DNA of 64,000 nucleotides from Mobula hypostoma (GCF_963921235.1 NC_086097.1:248622001-248686000), one strand, 5' to 3'; counted from the stretch's first letter, positions 37,391 through 51,100 are shown. The notes: generated from the sequence alone by a model not told the origin. Numbers and translations are program-made.

Positions 37391-40300
37391 AGCCCACTTG
37401 CAGAATACTTGGCAAACTATATATCATCCATGGATAATTTAAGGCCTTCTCCGAGGATCGTCACCTGGTCGTGGTGGCGAGGCCCGTGAGCTCCTCAGAT
37501 CTTGAGCGTGATGCCATCTGGAGCTCAGCTCCTGGCAGGGTGAGGCTTCAGGATTCTGTACCTCCTTCCTGATGGGAAGAGGGCACATCCTGGGTGGTGG
37601 GGGTCCCCATACCAGATGGCGATGCAGCCAGTCAGAATGCCCTCCACGGTACATCTGCAGAAACCTGCGAGTGTCTTTGGTGACATACCAAATCTCCTCA
37701 AACTCCTAATGAAATATCGTCACTATCTTGCCTCCTTTAGAGCTGCATTGATATGTTAGGCCCAGGTTAGGCCCTCAGAGATGTAGACTCCTTGAAACTG
37801 AGTCCATAAGACCATAAGATATAGGAGCAGAAGTGGGCCATTCGGCCCATTGGGTCTGTTCTGCCAAACAATCATGAGCTGATCCAATTCTTCCAGTCAT
37901 CTCCACCTCCTGCTTTCACCCCATATCCTTTGGTGCCCTGGCTAATCAAGAACCTATCTATCTCTGCCTTAAGTACATCCAGTGACTTGGCCTCCACAGC
38001 CGCTCGTGGCAACAAATTTCACGGATTGAGTCCATAGGTTGTGGAATCAGTTCAGTTTTGGGTGAGTGAGGTTATCCCTTCTGGTTCAGGAGTCTGATGG
38101 TTGAGGGGTAATAACTGTTGCTGAACCTGGTGGTGTAGGACCTAAGGCTCCTGTGCCTTCTTCCTGATGGCAGAAGTGAGAACAGCGGTTTCTCTTCTCA
38201 CTGAACAATCTGAAGGGTTAAACAGTTAATACATGCTCATGTTAGTCGACCATGATTGAAATCTGCTGTTTGTGACTTATGGAATAATTGGCTATTGGAC
38301 ACTTCACAGAAAGACAACACCATGTAACTTGAGGACTGTGTCTATAATAAAAAAAATGTATGAAAAATCAACCGTAGCAACAGGATTTTGGGGGAGGGGA
38401 GTGCTGGACTTGTTGTGGGTTAGGGTTATGATCAGCTGTGAAGTCTGTAATTAATATCCCTGACTATATCTGTTATCTTTCCCACAGGCATGGGTTCAAG
38501 ATCCAGAAAAAGTTTCACAATAACAGCAGCTAACTCCCAAACCTACCCCAAGTCAATTCAAAGCCTCTCTCCTGAGCTTGGCGATGAACCAAAGATCTGA
38601 TTAGATTGGACTCTAACCGTTAGAGGGAATGATGAGCGAGCAAGCCAGAGAAAGTGCAGATTCACATTCGGATTTATTGACCCTGAGTACATCGAAATGC
38701 AGAGCGAATGATGTTTGCGTTAATGATCAACGCACTCAAGGATATGCTGGGGGCAGCCCATCAGCGTCGCCCCACCTCCTGGCGCCTACGTAGCATGGAC
38801 ACAATGCTGAGCAGAACAACACAAGCAGCAGCAGCAGGGGAACAGAGCACGACAAGAGCAAAACGAGACCTTGTAACACCCATCCACCCACTCACTCATA
38901 CACACAAACAGGCGTCCATCCCCAGAACATGCTGCCTCCAGGCCTCTAGTCCCTAGCCCCAGACTCTCAGACTTACAGCCATAGGGCCTCTGGCCCCTGG
39001 GCAAGCCAGTCCAGGGGCTTTGACCTTCAGGTCTCAACCTCCAGACTTGCTGACCTCAGCCTTCAACCTTTGGGCTTCTATCTTGCTGAGCTTTGCAGTT
39101 TGACCTTCAGCTTTGCCCTCTAGTCTGGGTGTCGACCCCAGGACTCTCCGATCATTGATTTGAGCTTTGGGTCTCAACTATGGGTTTGTTGGTGAAATAG
39201 AACTCATGAGCCAGCCTTTTCATGTTGTAGCGTTGTGTGATTCTTTATAACAGTATAATTCTACTGTCACCACATCTACAGTTATCCCTCTGTGCTGTGC
39301 GGAACTGAGTCAGCGACTGGCCAAAGAATCCAGCATGGTAGACAGCCACCTGGTCTCCACACTGCACCACGTCGATATCCTGGGTTGTCGGCAACACAAA
39401 ACAGATGATGGAAAACCGGCCGCTCTGCTTGCCAAGTGGTCAGAGACGTGTGAACGGGGCCGATGATTCACAACACCTCTGCCGCTGTGCTGGCGTGCCC
39501 TTCTCTGCAGCTCACGCCTCTGGAGAGTTACTTACTTACTGCCCAGGAAAGCAGCATCCACCGTCAGAGACCCCCACCACCCAGGCCATGCCATCTGCTC
39601 ATTGCTGCCATCAGGAAGAAGGTACAGGAGCCTCAGAACTCACACCACCAGGTTCAGGAATAGTCATTACCCCTCAAACATCAGGCTCGTGAACCAAAGA
39701 GGATAAATTCACTCAATTTAACTTGCCCCAAGACTAAACTGTCGCCACAACCACTGGAATCACTTTCAAGGACTCTTTATCTCATGTTCTTGATATTTAT
39801 TGCTTATTTTTATATTATTATTATTTCTTTCTTTTTGTATTTGCAAGTTGTTGTCTTTTGCACTCTTGTTGAACACTCAAGTTGCTGTGGCAATTTCCCC
39901 CGGAATCAGTAAAATATGACTATGACTATTATATTATGGGTATTATTCTAATATAGATTTATTGAGTATGCCCAGAAAAAATTAATCTCAGGATTGTATA
40001 TGGTGATATATATGTACTTTGATAATAAATTCGCTTTGATCTTTGAATTTTGATGTCCTGGTTGGAGACTCAGGAAGACCATCACAGTCAGATGTAGAAG
40101 GATTCTTCGTTGCTGTTTGTGTAACAGTTTTGTTCGACCAGTCAGGGTTGTTAGCCTGGAGCTGAACCCCGAATCTGGAGGACCAGTGGACCACTCTTAG
40201 TCAGGCCTCTACCCTTTGACCTATTTAGGAGGGGTGAGCCTACCAAGAGCATAAAACCCTGACTCCAGCCAACATAGCTCTCTGGATCATTGAGACACGT

Positions 40301-40727
40301 AAGCTTCTAAATGATGACAAGGTTGTAGTCTTCTTGGAGGTCTCTGGCGAGATCTTCCAGGTTGTGTTAGGTTGGGCTGGATGGAGAAAGTTTCTACAGA
40401 TGTAGAGTGCAGAGCACCCTAACTGGTTGCATCACCATCTGGTATGGAGGGGCACTGCAATGGATTGGAAAAAGCTGCAAGATGTTGTAAACTCAGCTAG
40501 CTTCATTATGGACACTAGCCTCCCCAGCACTGAGGACGTCGTCAAAAGGCGATGCCTCAAAAAGGAGGCATCATTCACTATGGATCCCCACCATCCAGGA
40601 CATGTGCTCTTCTCATTTCTACCATCAAGGAGGAGGTACAGGAGCCTGAAGAGTCACACTCAACGCGTTAGGAACTGTTTCCCCCCTCTGAAATCAGGTT
40701 TCTGAATAGACAATGAATCCAGTCACA

Positions 40728-41632
40728 CTAGAACACAGAAAATCTACAGCACATTACAGGCCCTTCAGCCCACAATGTTGAGCTGGCCATGTAACTTACT
40801 CTAGAAACTGCCAAGAATTTTCCTACTACATAGCCCTCTATTTGTCTAAGCTCCATGTACCTATCGAAGAGTCTCTTAAAAGACCCTATTGTACCCACCT
40901 CTACCACCTTCGCAGGCAGTGCATTCCACACACCCACCACTCTCTGTGTGAGAAACTTTCCTCGGACATCCCCCTTGTACCTACTTCCAAGCACCTTAAA
41001 ACTATGCCCCCTCATGTTAGCCATGTAAGCCCTGGGAAAAGGAGGGGGAACGTCGACTCAGACCATGAGAGGCCTGCGTTGGGCATTTTCATGCCTTACA
41101 AAGTGCAGATTGGAAGTCTGTGTGGGGCGCCTCTCCTCGCACGGACACTAGAGCATTGTGTGGTTAAGTGCCTTGCTCATGGACACAAACATGCTGCCAC
41201 AGCTGAGGCTCAAACTAGCGACCTTCAGATCACTAGATGAATGCCTAAACCACTTGGCCACGTGAGGAAAAGCCTCTGACTATCCACATGATCAATGCCT
41301 CTCATCATCTTATACACCTCTATCAGGTCATCTCTCATCCTCTGTCGCTCCAAGGAGAAAAGGCCAAGTTCACTCAACCTATTCTCAAAAGGCACACTCT
41401 CCAATCCAGGCAACATCCTTGTAAATCTCCTCTGCTCTGTTTCTATAGTATCCACATTATTCCTGTAGTGAGGTGACCAGAACTGAACACAGTACTCCAA
41501 GTGGGGTCTAACTAAGGTCTTATACGGCTGTAGCATTACCTCATGGCTCTTGAACTCAATCCCACGGTTGATGAAGGCCATCACATCATACGCTTTCTTA
41601 ACAACACAGTCAACCTGTGCAGCAGCTTTGAG
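40728..41632 (-). mobile_element. CR1 3' fragment interrupted by a SINE (41043-41263)
   Basis: 'YKTLVRPHLEYCVQFWSPHY' and 'MRGHSFKVLGSRYKGDVRGKF'; GGAAAAG duplicated around the SINE. Confidence 0.85.
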
Positions 41633-41635
41633 TGT

Positions 41636-42600
41636 ACACAGAGTTAGGGTCACAAGGCACCTGGACGAAATGGGATCTTCCCAAGTGCAAGATAACTTGG
41701 GCAGAGCTTTGAAGACTGGAGCCCCTACGCATTTCTTTCCTCCTGCTGTCCCTGGATGACACTGGCCCTACACCATCACAGCTGCAAACATGGAGGCTGA
41801 AAGAGGACCCTATCTGCAAGCTTTGTGGTCAGTGGGGATCACAGGCACACATACTGTCAGGATGCAAAACAGCTTTAACACAAGGACAGTATATGTTACA
41901 CCACGACAAGGTCCTGCTGTCCCTTGCTGACACACTGGAGTGGGAGAGGTGTAAAAAGAGACCAGCTGGCAGAGAGGCAAACAGGGCAGCCATTTTCATC
42001 AAAGAGAGGGCCAGCTGGTCATACCAAAGAGACCTAAATCCAATCTGCTGCAAACTGCCAAATCATGGGAGACGAGGGTCGATGTAGGGAGGTGCAAACC
42101 ACACTTTGACCAGGCATCAGTCTGTGATCCACCAAGGTCAAGAAACTCATCCTGGTGGAGCTCACAGTACCATAGGAGGACGGATGCAAGGAGGCTCAGG
42201 AGAGGAAAGCCCTGAAGTACCAGTCCTTAGCCCAGCAGGGACAGAGGCTATTCCCTTTGGAGTGCAGACGTGGCTATTCCCAGTGGAGATCGGTCATAGA
42301 GGGTTTCCCCAAGGTCAGTATGGGGGTTGCTGTCTGCACTGGGCCTTGATGAAAAGAGCAAGAACCAAGCAGCTCGCAGGATGGGGGAGGAGGCAGAACG
42401 AGTTTCTTGCTGGAGATGGAGCAGGCAAGAGGCATTGAGCTGGAAGTCAGGAGTTTGGCCACCACTGCTGACCCACCAACTAGAGAGTGTAGCGGTTAAA
42501 GGTCAAAACACTCTATGAAGGCTGAGGACCTGCTGACGACATCTGCTCCTGGCCAAAGGCTACAGTTACCTGATCAGGTATCTGAGGAGAGTACGCCAGT
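41636..42600 (+). mobile_element. RLE-type non-LTR retrotransposon 3' fragment (Hero-like), pseudogenised
   Basis: Conceptual translation gives GSQGTWTKWD, CKLCG..HILSGC (CCHC), HHDKVL (RHD motif), TTL*PG.., LVELTVP*E, ERKALKY and FPVEIGHRGF. Confidence 0.8.
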
Positions 42601-43119
42601 GTATGATGCAAACTGAACGAAAGTGACTGAATATCAACAGGGCCCTTGTAGGGGAATTAGTAATGAATGCTGAAGCAGTTGAACTCTGATAGGGAACACA
42701 TTTCAAAGTGCTAGTAATAAGAACATCAAAACAACCATAAACCCCTGGATAATGGGAAGGGAACAAGATGAGACAGTAAACAGTCAGGGCTATTTCTGGA
42801 ATAAAGGGAAATGTACAACGATATCTCTCACAGTGCTCTTGATGTTTTATTGACTTTGGCTTGTCTAAACAGGATAGACTTCCAAGATCCCATTAAACAA
42901 CAGTGCGGTGGACAATCAGGAAGTGAGTGATGGGCTTGGGAAAGGTGGAATTGGTGGGTACGTGACTCTTGTATGAGCCTCCATCCAGCTCTGGATCTGG
43001 GTCGGTTGGTCTCCACAGAACCTGCTGGCACAGGCTTTCGACCTGCAGAGCACTCAGACTTGGACTCTTGTCCAGATGCTTCAATTACTGCCCCTGACCT
43101 CTAACTCCCTCTCATCCTA

Positions 43120-46100
43120 AAATATGCTTTATAACTCCAGAATCTGAACAAAAGAATAAACCAGAGTAGGGATATTTGTCTACTTAGAATTTTTTTCCTT
43201 TTCTTTTTGTGAGACACTCACATATGACATAGTGGCATAATGACGTGTGCTATTCACATACTTTTACATATAACCCATAACGAATTTTGTAAACAAACAA
43301 AGAATGCTTCATCAAACTACATATTTATAATTTTACTGAAACATTAAACACAAATAGATTTCCCTACTTAGCTATAAGCTCCAACTCAATATAGAATGCA
43401 CCTCAGCTCAAATATGTAACATATTGCTCTCTAGTCATACACTAGTGAAGTTTAAGAGACTACTAGACAGGTATATGGAGGAATTTAAGGTGGGGGTTTA
43501 TATGGAAGGTAGGGTTTGAGGGTCGGCACAACATTGTGGGCCGAAGGGCCTGTACTATGCTGTACTATTCTATGTTCTATATTCTATCATATATACAGTA
43601 TATACACACACACATACATTATACTGTGTGTATATATATATATCAAACATCCTTGTTTGAGGAGCCTTTAATTTGTCCCAGCTGTTTGTGCTACGTACTC
43701 CGTCTGATATTGGGTTCAAGGAGATCAAAGCACGAGCCCAAGGGACTACACCACAGACCCCTAGCTCCCCGTGCTAACCCAGAAACCATCGCTATGAACC
43801 TTAAGGACAACTATGTCTGAGCCACGGAATCAGCAGACGCCACTGCTCAGTGCCATTGTTGCCTGGAAGAGTGAAGAATGAAACAGAAGTTAATACTAAG
43901 GATTAGAACTCTCATTGGGAACAGGAAAAACATCAGTCGGCAGTCCAACGACAATCATCTCTGCTCTGTTGATGCTAGAAGAATGGCTACACTAGCATGC
44001 TGAGGACTGAGGGAAACAGGGAAATGAACATGGTTGTAAAATTCAGCCATCATTTCTGTCTTTATTTCCATAAGACCCTAAGACAGGAGCAGAATTAGGC
44101 CATCGAGTCTGCTCCACCATTCAATCATGGCTGATCCAGCTGTCAGATGGGAAATTTCGGGTGGCTCGGTAGCATAACGGTTAGCATAACTCTGTTAAAG
44201 TGCCAGCAACCCAGGCTGAATACCTGCCCTAGTCTTTAAAATGTTGTACATTCTCCCTGTGACCGTGTGAGGTCATACATTCCAAAGATGTTCGGGTTAG
44301 CAGGGTAATTGGTCACAGGGGTGTAATTGGGAAGCACAGGCTTATTGGACAGGGTGGGCCTGTTAACGTGCTATAGCTTTAAATAAAAAAAAAATATTTT
44401 TTAAATGCAGTGGCTAAAGTGCGACATATCTATCTGAGAATGTGTGAGTCATGCAGTTCTGTAGAGACATGGCATTGACTGGGATCAGTTCAACTTACCA
44501 AGAGAGAAGACAACCGCTCCCAGAACCCACTGCAAGCCCTCAGGAGCCCACAGAGACTATATAGTTAGCAAAAGCTCATGAGCAACACACACAAAATGCA
44601 GGAAAAACTCAGCAGGTCAGGCATCGTCCATAGAAATGGACAGTCAACATTCTGGCCCAAGACCCTTCTCTGGGTTTTCTTTTGAGCAGGACCATTACTT
44701 CAGATGCAGAGAGCTGTCAGATGGGAAATGAAAAGTCCAGAAGCTGGGAGTGGAGGATGAATTGAGGATGAATTGGGATAGGAATTGGGATTGGGATTGG
44801 AATAGGTTTAATATTGTTATACTTATCAAGATACAGTGCAAAACTTGTCTTGCATGCTGTTCAGAGCCCATCTCTGCATTCACTCTGCTTTTGTTAGTGG
44901 ATTAAAAATGGACACCAGTGGTTGATGATGAGTAATAAGGGTAAACTCTCTCTCATACAGGTACTGGTTGAAACATTTTACACCCCAAACCAGTGGCATG
45001 TCCTCTATGTCAATCCATGCATAATTTTCCCCCGCAGTGGTGAGGGAATGTGACACAAAGGCTATGGGACATTCACTGCCATCCCTGATGACATGTGTCA
45101 TGATTGCAGCTATACCATAAGGCGAGGAGGAATCACAGGCAAACTTCTCTGGACAATGTGAATCATAATGTGTCAGTACAGTGTCTGATACAGTCACCAT
45201 TTCCCTTGCCTTTTGGAAAGGCAGCTCATACCACTTTGTCCATTGTCATTTCTCCCCGATCTGTAGTAGAGAGTTTAAGGGATGAGGCACTGTAGCCAGG
45301 TTTTTCAGGAACCTGTTATAGTATGTGACAAGTCCTAAAAGGGCCACAACTGTAACATATCCTTTGGCTTTGGGGCATCAGCCACTGTTTGAATTTTCTC
45401 AGCAGACTAGGTAGGAGATACAGAAGCCTGAAGGCACAAACTCAGCGATTCAGGAACAGCTTCTTCCCCTCTGCCATCTGATCCCTAAATGGACATTGAA
45501 GCTTTGAACACTACCTCACTTTTTTTTAATATACAGTAGTTCTGTTTTTGCACATTTTAAAAAATCTATTCAATACACGTAATTGATTTACTTGTTTATT
45601 TATTATTAGGTTTTATTTATTTATTTATTTATTTTGAACTGCTGCTGCTAAGTTAGCAAATTTCATGTCACACGTTGGTGATAATAAACCTGATTCTGAT
45701 TCTGATTCTGATCATGTGTTGACCACAGCAAGTGGTGTCTGGTTTTAAGAATTCATACCTGCCACATGGTGGCTCTGAACCCATAATCACCTCATCTTTT
45801 GAATGTTATCTTGAGACTTCAGAGATGTTCCTTGCCATCCAGGTAACACTGAGCACCTGAGCCATACCTTTCTGCTAGAATGCAGGTGCAGATATTCCTA
45901 TTGTAGTAAGCTCTTTGTGAGTGTTTACGGTGAGAAACACTTTGGAATCATCTTCCATCTTAATTCTGTTTTAGTTGACTATTGCAGGGGGTGTGGCATA
46001 CAAAGGATGGATTGTCTCAGCCAATCACAACTTCGCAATGTTGGCCCTCCTGTTTTTACCACATACCAGCCCAATCTGGCTTGTTGGTATAAATTCTCAG

Positions 46101-47320
46101 TTGGATATTTGCAGGTTTCAGTTCAGTATCCTTGAAATGCCATTCAAACTCGTTTTGTGGAATTGGTGAAATACTGAGCCAGTATCCAATTCCATTTTAA
46201 TTAATTTGTTGTTCACTTCTGGGTAAACCATATTGCTTGTCTCTCATTAGTTTTCACATTGTAAATCCCAAGGCTACTCAGTCCTGCACCACTCCCATTA
46301 TTATCAATATTTTCATTAACAGCATACAGATTTGTGCTCTTTTTGAAACTGAAACATGGCTTTTTAATCTTGTATATCTCCTACTTCGCTGAATTTGCAG
46401 CAAGTTTCACATTTAAACCTGTATTGGTCTGGTGTAAGTGAATCCCTGCCACAACTGTGATACAATTTGTTCAGCCAGGCCAGTTTCTGTTTAGACATTA
46501 CAATTTTGTTCACGTTCACTTTCATTCCTGATTGCTACTCAGTTGTGTCTCTGTTGCTGTTTCCATTGATACAGTGATTTCAACTGCTCTTTTAAATGTC
46601 AGTTGTGCTTCAGTTAGGAGTCGTTTTTGAATGCTTTCTTGAAAGATTCCTCAAACTAAACAATCTTCCATTGCCTCATTAAGCCCATCACTGAATTGAC
46701 AATGCCTGGACAATATTTTCCTTCAGTTCAGCCACATAAGCTGAAATAAACTTCTTTTTGATTCTGCTTATGAAAATGTTCTAAAATCAACAATGGTTCC
46801 AGTTCTAAACATCCCTGCATTACATTCATGATATTAGCAAAGCTCATTTCAGCTGGTTTTGCTGGAGCAGTTAAACTTCTAAGCAAACTGTATGTTTTCC
46901 CACCTATTGCACTCAGTAACGCTGGCACTTGCTTTTCAGTGGTTATTTCAATTGCTTCAAAATACTGTTCAATTCATACACCATTCAGCTATCTGTTGTG
47001 TAATCGAACACACCAGTCTTTCCAATGTAGCCAGCTATTTATGCCTTTATTTATTATTATTATTATCACCCGGTGCTCACTGTTTATGAACCTGTGGCTG
47101 TACGCATTGCTTGTTAATTTCATCCATTTAATGTCTTTTTTTAAAACTTGAATGTCTCTCTCCCGTTCCAAAGAAAAATGTGCTGCACTTCAACTGGTAG
47201 GTAGCCATCTTGGGTTGATTTTAAAACTTCTTCATCACCACAGTTATATTTGGTAACTCCAGAAACTAGTCAAAAGGAAAACACAGGAGCTGCAGATACC
47301 TCGTGTAGTTAGGTTCTTTT
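43120..47320 (-). mobile_element. Decayed Gypsy (Mag-like) LTR retrotransposon with nested insertions
   Basis: Minus strand: PBS-like tggtgatgaagaag at about 47226-47239; gag 'LLSAIGGKTYSLLRSLTAPAKP'; protease 'MELDTGS' at about 46175-46195; RT 'LGLVTYYNRFLKNLAT'; RNase H ORF 44880-45200; integrase-tail remnant at about 43650-43720; related LTR-like segments at about 43120-43357 and 47242-47320. Confidence 0.75.
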
Positions 47321-47599
47321 CTCAGTGCAGGGAGAAGGCAGGAGAGGAATAGTGAATCAGCAATGTTGGAATGGCAGAGCATGTTTGATGGGCTGAATGG
47401 CCCACTTCTGCTGCTATCTCTCCCATGGTATTTTGAGGGTAGAGATGTGGGGATAACATCACTACAGATGAGGAAACGCCCAGGTCCACATCTAACCAGA
47501 GCTGGTGACCTATATGGGAAGGAACTTTTGAACTCCTTACTGATAAACTGTGATATTTTTAAGAGATGTGGTTCCTTAAGATTGTTATACCTGGGGTGT

Positions 47600-48170
47600 T
47601 AATGGGGGACAAGCTCCAACTACCTATTAAATACTCCCAATGGTGCACATCTTAAATAGCCTCTGACAACCAAGACAGCTCCAGGTCTTCACATGTGGCT
47701 TAGCTACTAAACTCGGCGGAACCATTTCCAAGTGACAGGAGAAGGGGAAAAGGTGGATTACTGGCAGCTTAAAACCAGTCACTTCGGGCAGATGGGTCTT
47801 TTCAGCCTAGTTGACACCTCATCTAGGAGAAGGAAAACTCTGATCTCAAACCTCCGCTGCCTTGTGGCTACACCCACTCATGGGGAAGGCTTTGGGAGTA
47901 AACTCCAAGGGAAAAATATGGAGCTGGAACCCCTAAGGCAGTCTGATTTTGAGTTCTACTCTGACTGGTAACTCCTGCAACACCACTGGCGCCAAACTTA
48001 ATTGATCTCTGCCGTTCCTTTGGATTCATCAGCTGTGTGGAGAGGAGGAGTCTGCCACATGGGCAGCAGCTTGCTCTCCATATTATTGTACTGCTCGGGT
48101 TTGTGCATCTGCTCAGCTAGGGCGCAACATCCATGTCCGACCCCAACTGACAAAGGCCTCTCTCTTTGTG
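47600..48170 (+). mobile_element. RTE-related non-autonomous repeat
   Basis: Homologous to 16480-16950. Confidence 0.6.
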
Positions 48171-51100
48171 AGGTGAGATCATGTGTCTACACAGAGCCGT
48201 AGAACCATGAAGCCGTACAACCTGGATACAGCCAGCCCTTGTCAATCACAGTGCCCACCCAGCTAGTCCTAACGTCCAGTGTTTGGCCACTTCCGGCTAA
48301 GCCGCGACCCTGCAGGTACCGATCCAAATGTTTCTTAAATGATACGATTGTACCCACCTCAACCACATTCGCCAGCAGCTCTTTCCTTATATTCACCACC
48401 TCGGTGTGAAAAAGTTGCCCCTCAGATCCCTTTCTAATGTTTCCCCTTTACGCGAAATCTATTCCCCTTTGTTTTACCCTGGGGAAAAGACTGTTACCAT
48501 CAACCTTATCTAAGCCTCCCATAATTTTAAACATGCCTGTTAAGTTTGCCTCTCATTCTTCTATGTTCCAGGGAATAAAAACCTTGGATAGCCACTTTTG
48601 TAACTCTGGACCTCTAGTCCTGGCAACATCCTCATAAATCTTTTCTGCACTTTTTTAGTTTAACTACGCCTTTCCTCTTACAAGGTCACCAAGTATGTCC
48701 AGAGTGCTCCAAGACCGGCCTTCCTGATGACTCATACAACTGTAACAGACTTCCAGAAGGTTTCCTGGATTTTCCAAATCTGAGAGCTCATTTATTTTTC
48801 TCTGCTGTCAGCAACCGAGAGAGGAAATCTCAGAGGCATTAAAAAGCCTTTCAGGGGATCTGTCCTGGGCACAGCACGCAAGTGCCTTTACAAAGAGAGC
48901 ACAGTAGTGCCTCTACTTCCTTAAAAGTTTGGAAAGATTCAGCATGACATCAAAAACTCTGACAGGCTGATATAGATGTGTGGTGGAGAGTATATTGACT
49001 GGCTGCACCATGGCCAGGTTTGGAAACACCGATGTCTTTCAGTGGAAATTCCTACAAAAAGCAGTGGATACGTCCCAGTTATCACAGTCAAGCCCTCCCC
49101 ACCATTGAGCACATCTACACAGAGCGTTATAGCAAGAAGACAGTATCCCTCATCACAAACCCCCACCACCAAGTTATGCTCTCTTCTCACTGCTGCCATA
49201 GGGAGGAAGGTACAGGAGTCTTAGGACTCACACCCCCATGTTCAGGAACAGTTATTACCCCTCGACCACCAGGCTTCCGAACCAAAGGGGATAACTTCAC
49301 TCAACTTCACTTGCTCCATCACTGAAATGTTCCCACAACCTATGGGCTCACTTTCAAGAACTCTTTATCATACGTTCTTGATATTTCTTGTTTATTTATT
49401 TATTAATTATTATTATTTCTTTTTTCTTTTCTACTTACACAGTTTAAAACATATCTACAGCACACTACAGGCCCTTCAGCCCACAATGTTGTGCCAACCA
49501 TGTAACCTACTCTAGAAACTGTCTAGAATTTCCCTAGCACTTAGCCCTCTATTTTTCTAAGCTCCATGTACCTATCTGAGAGGCTCTATTGTGTCCATTT
49601 CCACCATCACCGCTGGCAGCGCGTTCCACGCATCCACCACTCTCTGTGTGAAAAACTTTTCCCTGACATCCCCCATTTCCAAGCACCTTAAAACAATGCC
49701 CCCTCGCGTTAGCCATTTCAGCCCTGGGAAAAACCCTCTGACTATCCACACGATCAATGCTCCTTCTCTTGCCTTTTTTCTTCTCCTCACTGCCCATCAC
49801 CTCCCGTGGATGCCCCTCCTCCTTTCCTTTCTCCTACGATCCGCTGACCTCTCCAATCAGATTTCTTCATCTTCTGTCCTTCACCTCTTCCACCTATCAA
49901 CTCCCAACTTCTTAGTTCATCCCAGCCACCTTCCCTCTCACCTGTCTTCACCTATCACCTGCCAGCTTGTAGTCTTCCCCTGTCCATCTGCCCACCTTCT
50001 TACACTGGCTTCTGCCTTCTTCCTTTCCCATCCTGATGAAGGTTCCCAGGATGCTGCCTGACCTGCTGAATTCCTCTGGCATTGTGTGTGCGTGTGTTGG
50101 CCTGACTGGAATTGGTGATCACAGAATGAAATCTCTAGGAACACGTTGGCAAACCTAAAACAAACACACTCTTACTGGACACTCGTATCTGAGCCAGCTC
50201 GAAGAGCACAATGATCTCTTTTGCAGGCTGCGCACTCTCAGTGACTCAGCAAATGGAAATCTTTCCAGTCGGCAAGGGACTGGCAATGCCAGCAGACAGG
50301 GGAAACCCACAGTCTGTGTGCCAGCTGAACCTCCTGGCTGTGTCTCCTGGTCACGCGCTCAGTCGGCTGGCTGTCCAACAGTGTTGCTGCTCCCTGAGGA
50401 AGTTGGATGTCAGGCCTACTTCAATGGTTGTGTGTCTCAGGCATACCAACTGGCTACTCTGATGGGGACGGAGCTAAAGATGGCGCCAGAGGGCGACTTC
50501 TCCCAGTCCATCTATGAAATGGTTTAATTCTGCTCTCTAATGTCTCTTATTTCCGTTTCAAGGTAGCTGGGGTCCTGTTGGAGTCTATGATCTACAGATA
50601 CACTCAGACTGCGGTTCTTCATGGCGGTGACTTGCCGCTCTGAGTAGCCTAGCGATTTTGATATCTTCAGGAGCAGCCTGAGAGACAGGCACCTTCCGGG
50701 TGTGGTCCTGCAGCCCTATGGATAAACCAATTAAATGCCAGTTTCACTGAGTGAAGCATCAGGGGAGATCAGAACACCAAGAGAGAGCAGTGCACGCCGC
50801 TGGCGAAGTAAGAGACGCTGCAGATTGTAACATCGAAACTGTGAGCTGTTGGTCTCCCTCTCGATGCGCAGGAGCGATATCTCTCTCCCCCTCGTTAGTG
50901 ACAGAGAGAGAGGGAGCCTGTGGCATGTCGATCTGTTGGGTGAAGAGTGGTCTTTGATGGACGCTAGATCATGGTCTCTTTGGGGGCTTTGCTGTTCGTT
51001 GCATGGCGGGTAGTGGGGAGGGGCTGATGCTTTTTGCTAGGTCAAGTGGGGGGAGGGGGAGAGGGGTCAAGGTTGATGGTTTTGCTGCAGCTTGTGTGTG

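Noticed and set aside
38488..38600. Possible host exon (acceptor tctttcccacag, then MGSRSRKSF...EPKI*)
   Set aside because: Only 36 codons, no recognisable homology and no partner exon; cannot be supported without transcript data.
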